DNA of 64,000 bases from Vermamoeba vermiformis (GCA_045837725.1 JBEWZL010000278.1:310001-374000); one strand, 5' to 3'; positions 50,474 through 64,000 are shown, counted from the stretch's first letter. Made by a program: numbers and translations. Notes: generated by a model from the sequence alone, not told the origin.

Positions 50474-53400
50474 TTAAGGCAGTAGGATAGTCTTCAATGC
50501 CTCCTGTGAAGAGAGATCCATTAAGAACTGACCAAGATCCACGAATCAATAGAACTTACCTTGGATTCAAGCAACTTCTTAATATAATTGGCATCACCCT
50601 TATAGTCAGTTTGTACAAAGTCCTTGATGCTCAATTTCGATTCGTTGAGCATCGCAGTCAAGCGATCAGCACCGCTGTCATCGAGCACTTTACCGAAGGC
50701 TTCAGCAGCAATCTTTTCAGCAGCTTCAGTCTCCAAGAGCGGTTGCAAGAGTGTGTGCAGGTCGTTGAGAGTGAGAACACCTTCAGCGATCACGTGGCCA
50801 AAGAACTGACCGACGTATTTGTACGTGAAGGGAATATCAATGTAAAAGTCTTCAACCAACTCCAACACCATTGAAAAGCTGAGTGATTGAACGTAAATAA
50901 GCCTGCTTGACGAACAATGTCTGTGCTACTTACCCCTTCTCGAAGTGGCTCTTGTTGAGTGCATTCTGTTTGTAGAACTCGGTCAACAACCTCATCACGG
51001 CATCGCAGTCCTTCTCTTTCTTTTCCAAAGAGAATACAATGGCCTAAAGTGCGTTATTAGCGTTGTTTGGGGAGTGGTAAATATGTCACTACGTACTCTG
51101 TTGACAAACTCGTCGTAAGTCGTGGCCTTGAACTCGCGCAGACATTGAAGTGCGTCTTCAATATCACCGCCAGTGAGGTACTCTTCGAGCATCAGATCAA
51201 TCTTGGCCTCGTTGTCACCAGAGGGTTCATCAGAGCCACCGTGTTCTTCCTCCTCATCAGACTCATCCTCGGGAGGAGGTACAGCGCTCATCGAAGCAGC
51301 CAAAGATCTCTTCGGTTGGAACTTGGCGGGGACTTCTTCCTCGTCTGATTCGTCGTCACGTGGCTATAATTACATGACATTAGCAACAAGCTCTACTGGT
51401 TCAAGTGGTTACTTACAATCTCCATGGAAGCAGTGATCTTGATGTCACGCTTAGGCTCGTTCTTGCCCGGACGAGGCTTGTACGGCGAGGGTGTGGGACT
51501 GGGCGAGCTGTCATCTGACGTGGACAAGTAGTTGAACATGTTGGCTTCACGCGGGTTAGTAGACTTCTTGCCCGTGGAAGGACCATCCTTGGACACGTAG
51601 CGAGGAGTGCTGCTCGTGGACTTGGCAAGATCTCGGCCACTCGGCGAGACATCCTTGCCACCGCGGCCCTTCTTGGCACTTCCACCACGGCCTGTGTCAC
51701 GACCTCCGCGACCACTGCCAGGGGTTGAGGCACTAAACAGCTGTTAGAGAACAGCGCCACAAGGCAATGTTAGAAACTTACCCTCGTCGTCCCTTGCCAG
51801 CAGGGGTTGACGTGTTGCTGCCAACAGTCTCCCAGCCTCCTTGCGAGGCTTCTTGTTTTCGCTTGGCGCGCTCTTCTTCTCTGCTCTTGGCAATTTCACG
51901 ATCGATTTGCAATCGTTGTTCGCGCTCTTGTTGCTTGGCTTCACGGTGAATCTCGCTGATGGTCTTGGGACCTTCAACTGCTTGCGGTGATCGAGGGATC
52001 CACTTGGCTTTGCGCAAGTCAACCAAGTCCAACAACATAAAGTATGATCGACGGTCCAAGCCCTTGTTCTTTGAAAGCTGAGCAACAGTGCTGTTTGAAC
52101 GATTAATGTCTATTCATGAACGAGTGGTTAAGTGAATCAAACTTACTGGAAGTACACGTCAACAAGCTGACTGTCTTTGTCAGTCTCCAAAATCTTGCCA
52201 ACAGTACGCAACAATTTGCACAACAATTCCAAGTTCTCAACGGGAGGAATCTTGTCGGTGGTCTCGGGATTTTCCGTTCGTAATTCTCCGAGCAATTGGA
52301 TAACGCAGCCGTGAATAATCTTCGAGGCCAACAACTTCTTTTTGTACAATTCTCCGACGAAGTTGATGTTGCCCAACATTCTCTTCTTGGCAATGATTTC
52401 CAACTCTTCAGTGGACAACACCTTAACATTGGTCTCTTGCAAGAACGGTTTTTCTTCGAACTCGCGTTGACACTCGTTCAACAAGAGTCGCTTGAAGGTG
52501 AACTTGATGTTCGGGTCAGTCGAGTTCGGGTCTTCAAATTGCGGGAACTGTTCAGCGAGAATGACGCACAGATCCGCGTACATAGTGCTGAAGTTGTGCT
52601 CGATGACGGCCTTATCGAAGATCAATTTGATTACACCGCGCAATGCATCGAGGTCTGTAATGCCAGCTCCTTCTTTCAAAATTTGTTCGGTGATCGACTT
52701 GAAATTCTCACGCGTCAACTTGTTCAACAGACTAATCAAGGCATAAGTAACCAAGTATTACTAATAGATTGAATAGCTTACCTAGTGATCTTCTTGTACA
52801 ATGCCTCGTGGTTGACAGGCACTTCATTGCCAGAGCTCCACTTGCCCTTGATGTCAATCTTCTTCTTCGGTGTTGACACTTTGTCATCCTTGGCAGGCTT
52901 CTTTCGTGTATCTTGACGCTTCTTGCTCTTGTTCTATTGGAGCATAGTTAATATCGTGATCATCAACAGATATTTCGTAGTACTTACGGCAATCAAGTGG
53001 GTCTTCTCGGGCTGACGTTTGCTGTCCTTGGCAGGAGTGGTGCCCTTGACAATGCTAGTGATGTTAGTCATGCCTTCAGGACGCTCAGTGCACAACGGTT
53101 GATAGCGCAACAAGAACTCGAGGTCGTAGACTTTCTTCTTCTTGACGGGCTCTTCTTCGACTTCAGGCTCGGACTCTTCACCCTCCTCATCGAAGGGGCT
53201 CACGTCATTGTAATGTGACACGATGACAGTTTGAGTGGCCTTGTCGTTGATGAAGAACGAGGTGTAGTTTGATGCGAAGCCGTAGTTAATGGCAATCAAC
53301 TCCATCTCCTCGTGGCTGCGGTGTCTCTTGGCAGCATTGACTGTACACCACACAATTAGCACGGTGTTTCCTAATTTAGTAATAACGAAGCCAACGTACC

Positions 53401-55596
53401 ATCTTCATTCTCTTCCTCGTCTTCCATCTCTTCTTCGAGATCGAACAATCGTTCAGTGGCAGTCATCAAGTGAATGGTGTTGTCGTTAATGCTGTCAGTG
53501 GTGTCGAGGTCGAGGGTGACATTGAACTTCTTGGATCTGTCGCCAAGAATGGCCTTTAATGTCACGTCAAACTTCTTTTGATCGGGCTCTTCTTCCAAGA
53601 ACGCATAAACAGCCAAAAAGTCTGTAGGAAAAACATTAAATCCAATTCTAACAAATTCATATTAAGTCTTTGCGTACCTCCGCTGAAGACAAGAGGCAAT
53701 TGTTCAGGAGCAGGTGTAACAAACTCCTCCAAGTCACCCCAGTCCAATGTGACTTCATCGAGCATAATTTGCAAACCACGACGCACTTGACGACGAACTT
53801 TAGCCAAGACCAGATCTGGTGCTACTTCAAATTCAGCGTAACCGAATGACATGCGTGCAATGGAATTGAGCTATAAATAGCAATTTGTTAGCGCAACGGT
53901 AAATACGAAATACAATGTAGCCATGGAAGGTAACGACTCGAAATAATGATTTCGAAACGTTTTCGAAAGAATAAATCAAGTCTTAATATTACTTTTAATG
54001 CTGCTATTAACCCATAGTACTTACGACATAATAGTTGGCTCCAACACCAATGCCCAAAGGAAATACGGTGTAACTCTCAGCGTGGCTGGACACCAACGAC
54101 AACAACGTGCCTGAGCTTGAAACCTATATAGTATTGAGTATTAATATATTTTCTTGTAAACTAGGCATTCCAAACGAAAATCTTTTCAACGGATCTGAGC
54201 TGGATCTGCTTACTTGAGCGGTAGTGATCAAAAGCATTTGAATGGGCACTTGAGACTCTTGATTTAGTCTAGGAATGCTATAGACATCCTCCAAGGAGAC
54301 GTAGAGCTCACGCGAGCCAGACTTGAAATCTTTCTCCATCTGACCTCCGTGCACGTACTCGAGCGCTGCCTTCATGTTCTCTTCGCTCACTGAAACGCTT
54401 TCTTCTTCGAATACACGATAAAGAATGTTGGACAGCACGAATAAGTTGAAGCGGGCCTAATACAAGCAGTACATTAATTTCAAAATTCTGATCTCGATCT
54501 TGAAAGGGACATTTAAATGCATGGCATATTATTAATGCACTTACTCTTCGTTGAGTCTTAAGCTCTTCGAGTGCCACAGCGACAGCGCGCTGAACCAATT
54601 CATAATCAGGTTGTTGAGCGCTATCAACGACGATCAAATACTCGCAGGCTTCAGATTCGTCTTTAATCAGCTCTTCGAATTGAGGTTGGAATGCAATCAT
54701 CAATGCAGTGCGGTTGACCATCTTTTTGATCTCTTTATAACATAACGGGGGTTAATTGTGCACAATAATCACAGATGTAGATCGATCAAAAAATTTGTCG
54801 GCGTATATAAGCTTGATCAAATTTACAATATTTTTAGAGAGTAGTATAATTGCTTACCTTCGTATTTTTCGACGAAGCAATGAGGTAGAGAATGGCTAAT
54901 CGGGAGCTTAAATTTTACATCCAAAACCAGATCTGCATCAGTCAACGGTTGCGTATTGGCGGGGTCTAATGTCACGTTGCAGATCTTATATGAATTATCC
55001 AAGTGTTTGAGAACGACAGGGTGGGTCGGGGAAGTCACAGCTTCGATGGGCAAGAACGTCTGCACATTCACATCCAAACCCAGCTCGTATTCGGACAAAA
55101 CTGCTGGTTTCGGCTGATTGTCTTTGTATTCGTGTGGATATATGCGCGGTGCAATCGTAGTCGGCAGAACCAAGCGCAAGGTATCGCCATCGCTCAATAA
55201 TTCGGTGACGCAGGTCACTTTGATCACGATGGCGGTGTTCGGGGCCAGCTTGGAGACATTGCATACTAATACGTCCGAGCAATCATATTTAACATTGCTT
55301 TCTACGGTGCTATTTGTCGCTTCTTTGAATTTTGAGCTCGCTTCTTTTTTCTTTTTGATTTCAGATGCGATGCGCTTGCCACCGACTACGGCTTCATAGC
55401 CGCAGATAGTGCCCAAGTCATGCAACGGAAATTTTAAAGCTGTTTTCTTCGAGATGCCAGTGCTGGGAGCTTCGTATTCTTGCTCGATGGTCAGTTTGGC
55501 TTGGAAGTTCCAGATCCGACCTCGGATTTGGGTTCTTTTCAAAGGCAAAGGTTGATCGTCGATCGCCCAAATGCTTGTTTTAACCTTTCCGTACAT
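50474..55596 (-). CDS. VIT-vWA (VWA5-like) fused to eIF4G (eIF4E-binding motif, MIF4G, MA3), spliced
   Basis: VIT: LPLK..I.G.I...QAKLTIEQEY, FPL....ICGYEA, LRLVLPTTIAPR. A degenerate vWA follows, then NYGFASNYTSF, YDLEFLL, MIF4G (SLLNKLTRENF, LIFDKAVIEHNFSTMYADLC, FKRLLLNECQREFE, KKRMLGNINFVGELYK), GPKTISEIHREA and MA3 (MLEEYL...EDALQCLRE, DFYIDIP). Confidence 0.85.
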
Positions 55597-55750
55597 ATAG
55601 CGGTCTATTTGGGCGTACAGATCAACCAGATCGTGTTTTTCAAATGAACAAAAAAAATAAAAATAAAAAAAATTGCGGCGGCGAGAAATTTATTGACAAG
55701 AAGAACGCGAAAATAATGACCATACCCGCTGTACTATAAATTAATAGAGA

Positions 55751-57437
55751 ATGTTTAATAGGCCTATGTTTGAAGAAACGTAAGTTGTCCCGATCAGATT
55801 CGTTTGACTCGCATCCGATCGAACCCATTTATTGTAATTCATACGTTTATTATTTTTACTGTGGATGATATTGCATCATTATTGTGATCTAGTCGCAGGA
55901 TGTATTCTAATTATTATTTGTGGATCTGATAGTACGCGGCCGAAATGGACTCGCGAGCAAATAATGCGAAACACACCGTCACGAGCAGACGGTATTTCAT
56001 ATGAACTAGAAGCACAGCGAAGGCGATATTACGCGAAGATTATACAAGAGTCTGGCATATTATTGAAGTTGTAAGTCAAAATAATTTTTATTTATTATTC
56101 TACTGCATTGTAAATCATCAATAGTGCCCATATATAATTCAATAAGCATAATACTATAATTTAAAAATTATAATGCGCCTTTGGAACGCGATTGGTCCCA
56201 AAGCGAATTATATTATCTCGCGCCACAATTATTCAATTAAGACCTCCTATTTAACCTTAAAATATTATATTAATATGATGTATATTATTTAGTCCACAAG
56301 CTACCACGATAGCAACAGCTACAGTATACATGCACCGATTTTTTATGGCTCACTCAATGAAGCCAATAGATCCGATCGTAAGTCCAGCACATTGTCGTAT
56401 AATAATACGCCTATACTAACCCCATCATATAGTTACTGGTCTCTACCTGTTTATATATTGCAGGCAAGTCTCAAGAAACTATTCGCAAAGCTAGCGATGT
56501 TATAAACACGACGTACAAAGTGGTCACGGAAGATCGATTGAGACTAGGCAAAGTACGAATTAGAGCTCATACTATATTATACCACTATATTATAGCACTA
56601 TATTAACCTTAATGTCGTATTTGCAGGAATACACAGCGTTCAAAGACGATGTGATTGAAAATGAACAATATTTCTTGCGGTACCTCGGCTTTGATTTGCA
56701 CGTTGAATTGCCGTACAAATATCTCTTAAATATGACCAAGTTCCTCAATGGTACGTATTGCTCGATAATACTATAATTAGTACCTTTGACTGACGAACAA
56801 ATTTTAATTAGTCCCGCCCCACACTGTACATACTGCGTGGACATTGTTGAATGACAGGTAATTACTACTACCATATAATATAATGCCTATAGTCTTACGA
56901 ATGAATTTGCTCAATTTTCTAACATTGGTATTTATTTTGCAATTAGTTTCAGAACCACTCTATGTATCGAACACCCGCCATATCTGATCGCATGTGCGTG
57001 CCTATATTTAGCCGCCAAGTTCACAAACGACTTTACATTCGAACAAGACTTGCAACACTACGAACACTATTGGTGGGAGAACTTTGGGGACTCGGCGGAC
57101 ATGAACACCATTACTCGTACGTCTACAACACTATTTGTGTTAACTATGCTCATATTGTATTGTAGAAATCAGTTTAGATATGTTGCAGTTGTATATTGAA
57201 GAAGACATGCGAGTTCCACCGAGCGAACGAAACGAAGTCAAATCTGAGAATCACGTTGTGGCTAATGAGCAGCATTTGGTTAACGGTACCATCAATAATA
57301 ATACGAATAATGTTAAGAATGAAGATAGTGGCAGTAATAGTAATAATAGTGTAAATACAACCAGTAGTAATAGCGCGGATGCGCCTAAAGCAGCCAAACC
57401 GCGGATTAATGTCACTGTAAAAACGTTAAAACAATAA
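55751..57437 (+). CDS. Transcriptional cyclin (T/K/L/Q group), spliced
   Basis: TPSRADGIS...IQESGILLKL|PQATTIATATVYMHRFF, CLYIAGKSQET and EQYFLRYLGFDLHVELPYKYL. Confidence 0.9.
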
Positions 57438-57683
57438 TAATTCCTCGAACAATAAATACAATATTGTTACGCACCTGTTTGGTACGGAGAATCAACCCCA
57501 GCAATTCGACAAAGCATCTGCTTTCGTACAAATGTTGCCTTGTTTAAAAGACATTTCTCTCCAACTCTTACCGTGCCTTCATTGAAGGATTTGTCATGAC
57601 TCTAATCGGTGGTTGCAGTGCTGTTACTTCAGTTCGACAAAATGGATCGCAATTATTTTTGTTTGAAGGACGCCAACACCACG

Positions 57684-58627
57684 ATGCTCACGCGTGCCTT
57701 ATTTACAGCTAAGACCCTTAGCAAAGGTTCAGCACTGACACCGCTCACTCGCTCTTTATTCACTTCGAGGAAGGTTCAATCCGCAGTCGATCCACATTCG
57801 TTGGTAGAAACCAAAACACGCAATGAAATTACACAACAAGATATGCTCGTACCAGCATCGAGTATGAAGCCATTGTCTGATTCATTTGCTGTGGTTTCTG
57901 TTGGCGGCAAACAGGTAATTATTTTTATTAATTTTGGCATCTGTCTTGTATTGCTTATTAAATATTGATACCCTTTGAAAATAATATATTTACATTAAAT
58001 ACACCCTCATATATTTTTAAAATAATTTTTAAATAAATTAGAACGATTATTTATTGACAGATCTAATATTAATTTCAAAACAGTTCAAAGTAACTAAGGG
58101 CGACGAAATTATGGTCGATAAATTAGAAGGTGCACCACTTATGTCAAAAATATTATTGGATAAAGTCCTGTTAGTCGGCACAAAGTAAGATCACTTGTAA
58201 ATCCGCGTAACGAAATATTTATTAAGCGTCATCGACTTTAAATAGGGAGTTTACCGTTATTGGCCAACCCTTATTAACAAAAGTAAAAGTATTATCAACT
58301 GTCGAAGAAGTTAGCAAAGCAGAAAAGGTTTTGATATTTAAAAAGAGGAGAAGAAAGCACTACAGAAAGTAAGCGTCAGATCCATATATCATTTCGCGTA
58401 GAATACAGTAATAATATGTTAATAACATTGAATGATGAAATTACGCGTTTATTTTCAATCATTTTTGGATCGCGTACTGGTTTGAACTCACAAAACAGAT
58501 CCGCTGCCTTTATCATCCAAATAGCACTCGATCTCTTAAGACCGATATTAATACATTATATTACAGCTTGAAAGGCTTCAGAGCAAGCTACACCTTGTTG
58601 AAAATTGAAGATGTGTTGGTAGCTTAA
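57684..58627 (+). CDS. MRPL21: Mitochondrial ribosomal protein bL21m, spliced
   Basis: Presequence, FAVVSVGGKQ|FKVTKGD, DKVLLVG, IGQP, KVLIFKKRRRKHYR and GFRASYTLLKI. Confidence 0.93.
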
Positions 58628-60371
58628 ATCACGCGGGAAGTTAAAAGAAAGAAATAATATTTAAATCTCTATATACCCTTATTGTTATTGCTAATAATAG
58701 TAGCAAAGCGAATAAATCCAAATTAACAAAATATCTTCGTACACCGCAGAGCACAACTAATTTTCGTTCAAAGAACGAATCCACATTGAAAACCCGAACT
58801 TTACCGAGCATACTAATGACTATATGATAGGAACTTACTTATTGCTACATTTGATCAAGCGATGGTGCTTGGCTAGCACGACGCCTCCTGGCAGATCTCC
58901 GGTACGTGCATCATTCCCCATAATATAGCGCTTTAAATCTCTGCACTGCCCTCGCATCAGCTTGATTAAGATCGATGTCATAAGGACTTTGATGTCCATA
59001 GCGACAATAATGTCCTATTACGGACATTACTCCGGGATCCCTTTGAATCGATGCCAGTCTTGTTTCTTTACGCTAATCGTGGTGTTTGTTGAATAATTCT
59101 TATTGCGTGCACTTTTTAAGTAAATTGAAGCGTATACTAATGTATACCATCCTCATCCCAAAAATAGTACCCAAATTACATAATTTTTGACACTTGATCC
59201 AAAATCGTCTTTCTATCTTCATAATAAGCTTTTAAACTCGAATTTAATTTCAAAATGTGCACCACGACACGTAAATTAGTGCGCGAATACTTGCGCTGAA
59301 AGTGCTGAAGTGGACTGTATACCAATGTTTTACCGGTGAAATTCACATCCAGATCACTTATACGTCAAAATCGTCATGTAATTTATTACCCCTGTTTCAC
59401 TGAACTACGAGTACAAACCAGACCAGTATCTAACAAAATCTATTCAATTGCATGGTGTCCTAATATACTAGACCACAGAATCAAATAGGAGTTCATAATT
59501 ACGTTACAGTTTTGTTGACCTTGCGTTGCGGTTAGATCGGGAAAAGGATGCCCGACAACTAAAGTTAGCAATCTAAGAATATCGTCGGAAGCACTTCCTG
59601 ACAAATTTATGAAACTAGGTTATTTTGTTATTTGTCTTGTTCTGGACTGCTGCACGTGCATAGGTTGTTGCGGATTTGTTTACGGAGAAATTGTAATCCG
59701 TTACCAGCTATCGCCGATACGTCGGGTTACTCGTTTCAGCATTTTTATAAGCACGCACTCGAATACGAGGCTTGTCATCTGGATCAAATCCAAAAGCCAG
59801 TTTTAGTAAATGTCATCCATAACAGCTTCGATATTCCCTTCAAAAGCCCGGACCCGGCCCTTCAGCAATCTAGTCCGTATTGTTTATGTTTCAGCTGTTG
59901 CGTTGAGCTGTTAAGACATCTGAAAATGCAACAGAAATTCCGTCGACATTCGACGGCACACGTTCAGATTGTCGGCACAACCGATATCGGCACTCTGCGT
60001 TGATGCAGCTATCGTAATACTCTTTTCCGATCGTTTACAATGCCTTGGCCTCGTTGCGGTTTGATCCGATCAGAAATGCAACTACATCAAAATATGAACC
60101 GGTCAAAGCCGTGATTTCCCAACGGTTCGTGTACAGAGTAAGAATCAGACTGAAGCGATAGCATATGTCGCTGTGTGGGAGTGTGCGCGGTTCTGCTCTT
60201 AATTTAGACTCGGACTAATATAGAAACAACACGAGTAACTTTTTTGATGAGTTGACAGGCTCAAATATTTTTGTTGTTTCACGCACAAGACTTTTATTTC
60301 AACACTTCTAGACACAAGTGACCACATCTCCTTCACCTTTTAATTCCGACGTCAAACGGTGCAGCACAATT

Positions 60372-62149
60372 ATGGCTCAACTTGAAAGCTTGGACAGTTT
60401 TTGGGACGCATGGCTTGAAAGCTGCGATATTCCAGTTCAAAAGGACGCCACTGGCGAAACTTACTCTGACCACTATTCTATGGATCAAAGCGAGGCAACT
60501 TACAACTTCCCGGGAGCTTCGGGTTACTCGATCTCAGGATATGGCACGAGTTTGAAGGAAATCCCTCGTTTGGTGACTTTTCCAACCGACCAATCCTACT
60601 ACGTCAGCTATAACCAAGGTAATTAATAATGTTATCATACTCCGTTTATCGGGGAGGAAATCTTTTTTCGCGCATCAGTGTTCCGCTTTGGGACAAAAAA
60701 TTGGTGTGTGTCACTTCTATTACTTAACAACCGAGTATATTGCATCAATACATTAACCGTACATGTTTATAAACCATCTGCGAGTAAATTATCGAGATGG
60801 AGCAGCAGTTTAAAATTTTGTTGGCTGCAATAATTGCGATAAGTCTGCGCTTATCGGCGAATTTAAATTATGACTTTAATACTCCCCAATCGCAACCTTA
60901 TCATCATTCCGCCTAACCATCCACAAAAGTTGTTCCTTTGAAACTTCTTTCGCTTCCAAGTTCACAAAAGTGATCAGATCCATCGCTAATCACGAATTTT
61001 TTAACTATAGGCCAATACCAACAAACTTATCAACCCCAGAACGTATACTTCCAACAATCCATAACGACATATCAACAAGTACCTGCCAACTTTAAACCGC
61101 AACAGTGGCCACAAAATCAAAGCCAGATCCAACACCAGAAAATGCCTCGAGTAAGTTTAGTCAAATAGCGAAGCAAGTTCAAGAGAGATTCCATAGTTAG
61201 ATTTGGCAAAGAATCAAAACACAAACCTGTGATTCTCTAAAGTTACTCGGCCAATCAAATTCAGTTTTCTGCGCGGAAATTTCTCGTTTTTTTACTCGAC
61301 CAATCATTTGCTTCCGATGCACAATATTTGCAATCGCGAACTTGATTCGTTCGTGTTGTTTGGAGTACTTCCCTCTGAGTACTTTTCAATCTCCTATCAT
61401 TATTTAACTATGATGCGCACGTTACTAATCTAATCGCTTAGCTTGCTGTTGCTGCTTCACCTGAACCCGTATCTGCCGACCAGATGGACTCACCGTCGAG
61501 CATTGATGATGCCGGAGGCAAACAAAGGTAACTTGACCCTAGAGCAATTTAGAATTCCAAATAATTTCGAACTCTTGACTTGATTCTGTTTCTTGCCTAA
61601 TTTAGAGTGGTTCCATCTACTTCAGAACACAAACAAAGCGGTTTTACTCACATATTATCTTATTTAGCCGCGTCAAGCGTCCTATGAATTCCTTCTTGTT
61701 GTTCAGCAATGAGATTCGACCGATTCTCCAAGCCAAATACAAAGGTATAAATTAGAAACAAGCTGTTCACAAGGCGAATACTAACTCGTATTATCGTGCA
61801 GAAAAATCAAATGCGCAAATTAGCAAGCTTATCGGCGAGCAGTGGCATAAAATGGACTCAGAAAAGAAAAAAGCTTACGTTGAAGCCGCTGAAAAGATCA
61901 AAGAGGTACGCGTCAATTTTGCGCAATTTATTTTCGAAAATACGAGTCTAACGTCGTTTTATATAGCAATTTAACAAAGAACATCCCGACTTCGTTTACA
62001 CTAAGCGATCAAGAAAGAGACAAAGAAAAGAATTGGGCGAGGTTGAAGACGATCCTGCCGCTCGCAAGAAGCGCAAGTTGAATGAGGAATACAACAGCGA
62101 CCTTCTTGACGATAGCGATTTGAGCAGCGACGATGAAGAATCATTCTAA
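60372..62149 (+). CDS. Single HMG-box transcription factor (SOX/MATA-type box), spliced
   Basis: RVKRPMNSFLLFSNEIRP...SNAQISKLIGEQW...KKAYVEAAEKIKEQFNKEHPDFVY, followed by a basic NLS and an acidic tail. Confidence 0.88.
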
Positions 62150-62416
62150 TTGCCAACCCCAATCCAGACCAAAAACCCAAAAATAACCCACATCCCCGTT
62201 CCGAAACATGACAACAGTTATAATGACTCGTGTCGCACCCATAACTGCGCGAATAACCACCTTGTAAATAGTCTGCCCATCTCTTTGTATTGTAAGCTTA
62301 TTTATAAATAGTTGAAATGTCAAATTGCGATTTCAAAGTGCCAAAGTTTAATCATGAACAAACGGTTTTATGTACACATATACATCTCAGACCTTTCTAT
62401 AATGCCGTTAGATCTG

Positions 62417-64000
62417 TTATTGAATGACGCACAAGCCTCCTTCTTTGCGAGTGATAGCGATCTCTTGCGGGGCTGGCACGTCAAACTTGACCGGACTGAC
62501 GATCAATTTGCTTTCGGGCCAATAAACCTCGTCTTCACGGATAAACTCATGATATATCCGCTGATTATCATCTTCATAACTGCGTAACCAAGCGTTAACA
62601 TGAGACAAAGAACGAGCGGATGTGACAAAATCCGATTCTGGTAAATTTGCTTACACAGCTAAGAGCTCTTTAATGGACTGGTGGTGGCGCTTTAGTTTAT
62701 CATATTGTTGCTGCATGTCGGGTTCGCATTCTCTTTTCTAAAAATAGAAAAAAAGTTAAAGAAAACAGCGTGTCCCATCCAGACACAAAGAAGGGAAAAC
62801 GAAATGTACCCCGAATGTCTCTTCTATATTAAGGATACGGTTGTCTCAAGCACGTCAGTCTTGAGTATCGAACATGCTTTGCGCAAGTAGCCGATGGCAT
62901 AACCTGGCTTACTAAAAACAAAAAAATAATTAGATCTTGCCTCGTGGAGCAAGGCCCAAAAGTAATTCCAGCTATATTTAGTAATCCTGTATATTTAACT
63001 CGCGTCGTAGTTTTTACTCACGCGTCCTCATGCATAGATCTGCCCATGTAAGCGTAAGCCAGCGACTCGTAGAGTGTCTTGGTAACTTCCATGTACAGTC
63101 TGAACGAGCTAACTAAAAACTTCTTGTACGGTGCCTGAACAAGATATTGTCGTTAATAATATGACCACTAGTACTAACTTCTTAAAAGGTCGACGAAGAT
63201 CCAGCGGTTAAGAGATTTTGCTGGCGGATCTTGCCCGGACGTTGAATTTGCGCTCACATCGCGAGAAAGTACTCAACTCAACTCCCGACATTTTTTAGTG
63301 GTGTTACGTTTTCAACGACAGGTCAGTGAGGGAAAACTCATCAAGATTTAAAGAGTGTGCGACGCGTGCTTTTTTCGGATCCACGCTTGAAAATTTAAAG
63401 TATTTCTAATTATTGTCGCTTAGGTCATAACAGTGGGGCATATAATAAAGAGCGCTAATCATGACCATATTATTTGCAAGTGGCACTTTGTACCCGTACC
63501 AGCTCATCCACATTTTTTCGGTTAGAATTTCGAGTTAAGGAAAAACTTTTCCCCACGCCGCTAATTAATTTCACTGAACGTATACCCACGCGTTTCGGTA
63601 TACAGACACAAAGGCACGTACCTGTTCTTCGAGGTTTTTCAACAGCACGAGTGACTGGTCCAGCAGATTTGACACGCCAGCGCATAACTTGGCTAGTGTG
63701 CTTGGCTTTGTGGTTCTTCTTATGGCACGCTTGATGACGACTGTTTGGGCCTCGGCGAGTGATATGCTATCAAAGAATACGGATTAGTTTATCGGCAGAC
63801 TTCTCGGACGGTGAATCCGGACACTTGTACACGAGATTTTTTATAACTTTGTTTCATACTTTAGGACAGATGAGATTAAAATCTCACACAACTAATGATG
63901 GGTTAAATTATACTCGGTGCACCCAGTTAAATTTTAAACTTACTCGCAAAGTTACTCGAGATTTTTTTACTTTACGGTAAATTTAGGAAAAATCCGTTAC
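62417..64000 (-). CDS. BRO1-domain protein with a CAAX end (BROX-like), 5' partial, spliced
   Basis: LAEAQTVVIKRAI...STLAKL, GYAIGYLRKA, EDDNQRIYHE (BRO1 patch) and C-terminal CVIQ*. Confidence 0.75.

Overview
Gene-dense, intron-rich eukaryotic nuclear DNA with the standard genetic code. Introns are short GT-AG types with GTACGT/GTAAGT donors and CTAAC/CTGAC branch sites. Gene content suggests a free-living, bacterivorous protist, probably amoebozoan (inference only). About 29 spliced protein-coding genes can be reconstructed, among them a RanBP2-ZnF RNA-binding protein, Nup210, a MIT-FYVE-NCS-like-PIP5K kinase, p24, VPS26, WDR33, a CDF transporter, mitochondrial bL35 and bL21, Nbp35, a TAF1A/Rrn11-like factor, a cyclin, an HMG-box factor and a BROX-like protein. 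No RNA genes, CRISPR arrays or transposases were recognised. The most notable observations are: (1) an apparent VIT-vWA (VWA5-like) to eIF4G fusion whose junction lies within one exon; (2) a secreted endolysin-type GH19-LysM enzyme with four introns; (3) a 12-bp palindrome TGACACGTGTCA whose five perfect copies found by eye all lie in predicted introns; (4) a frameshift-riddled gene with bacterial/phage-fibre-like repeats; (5) an unusual PIP-kinase domain architecture. Exon boundaries were read by eye and family calls rest on motif recognition, not database searches.
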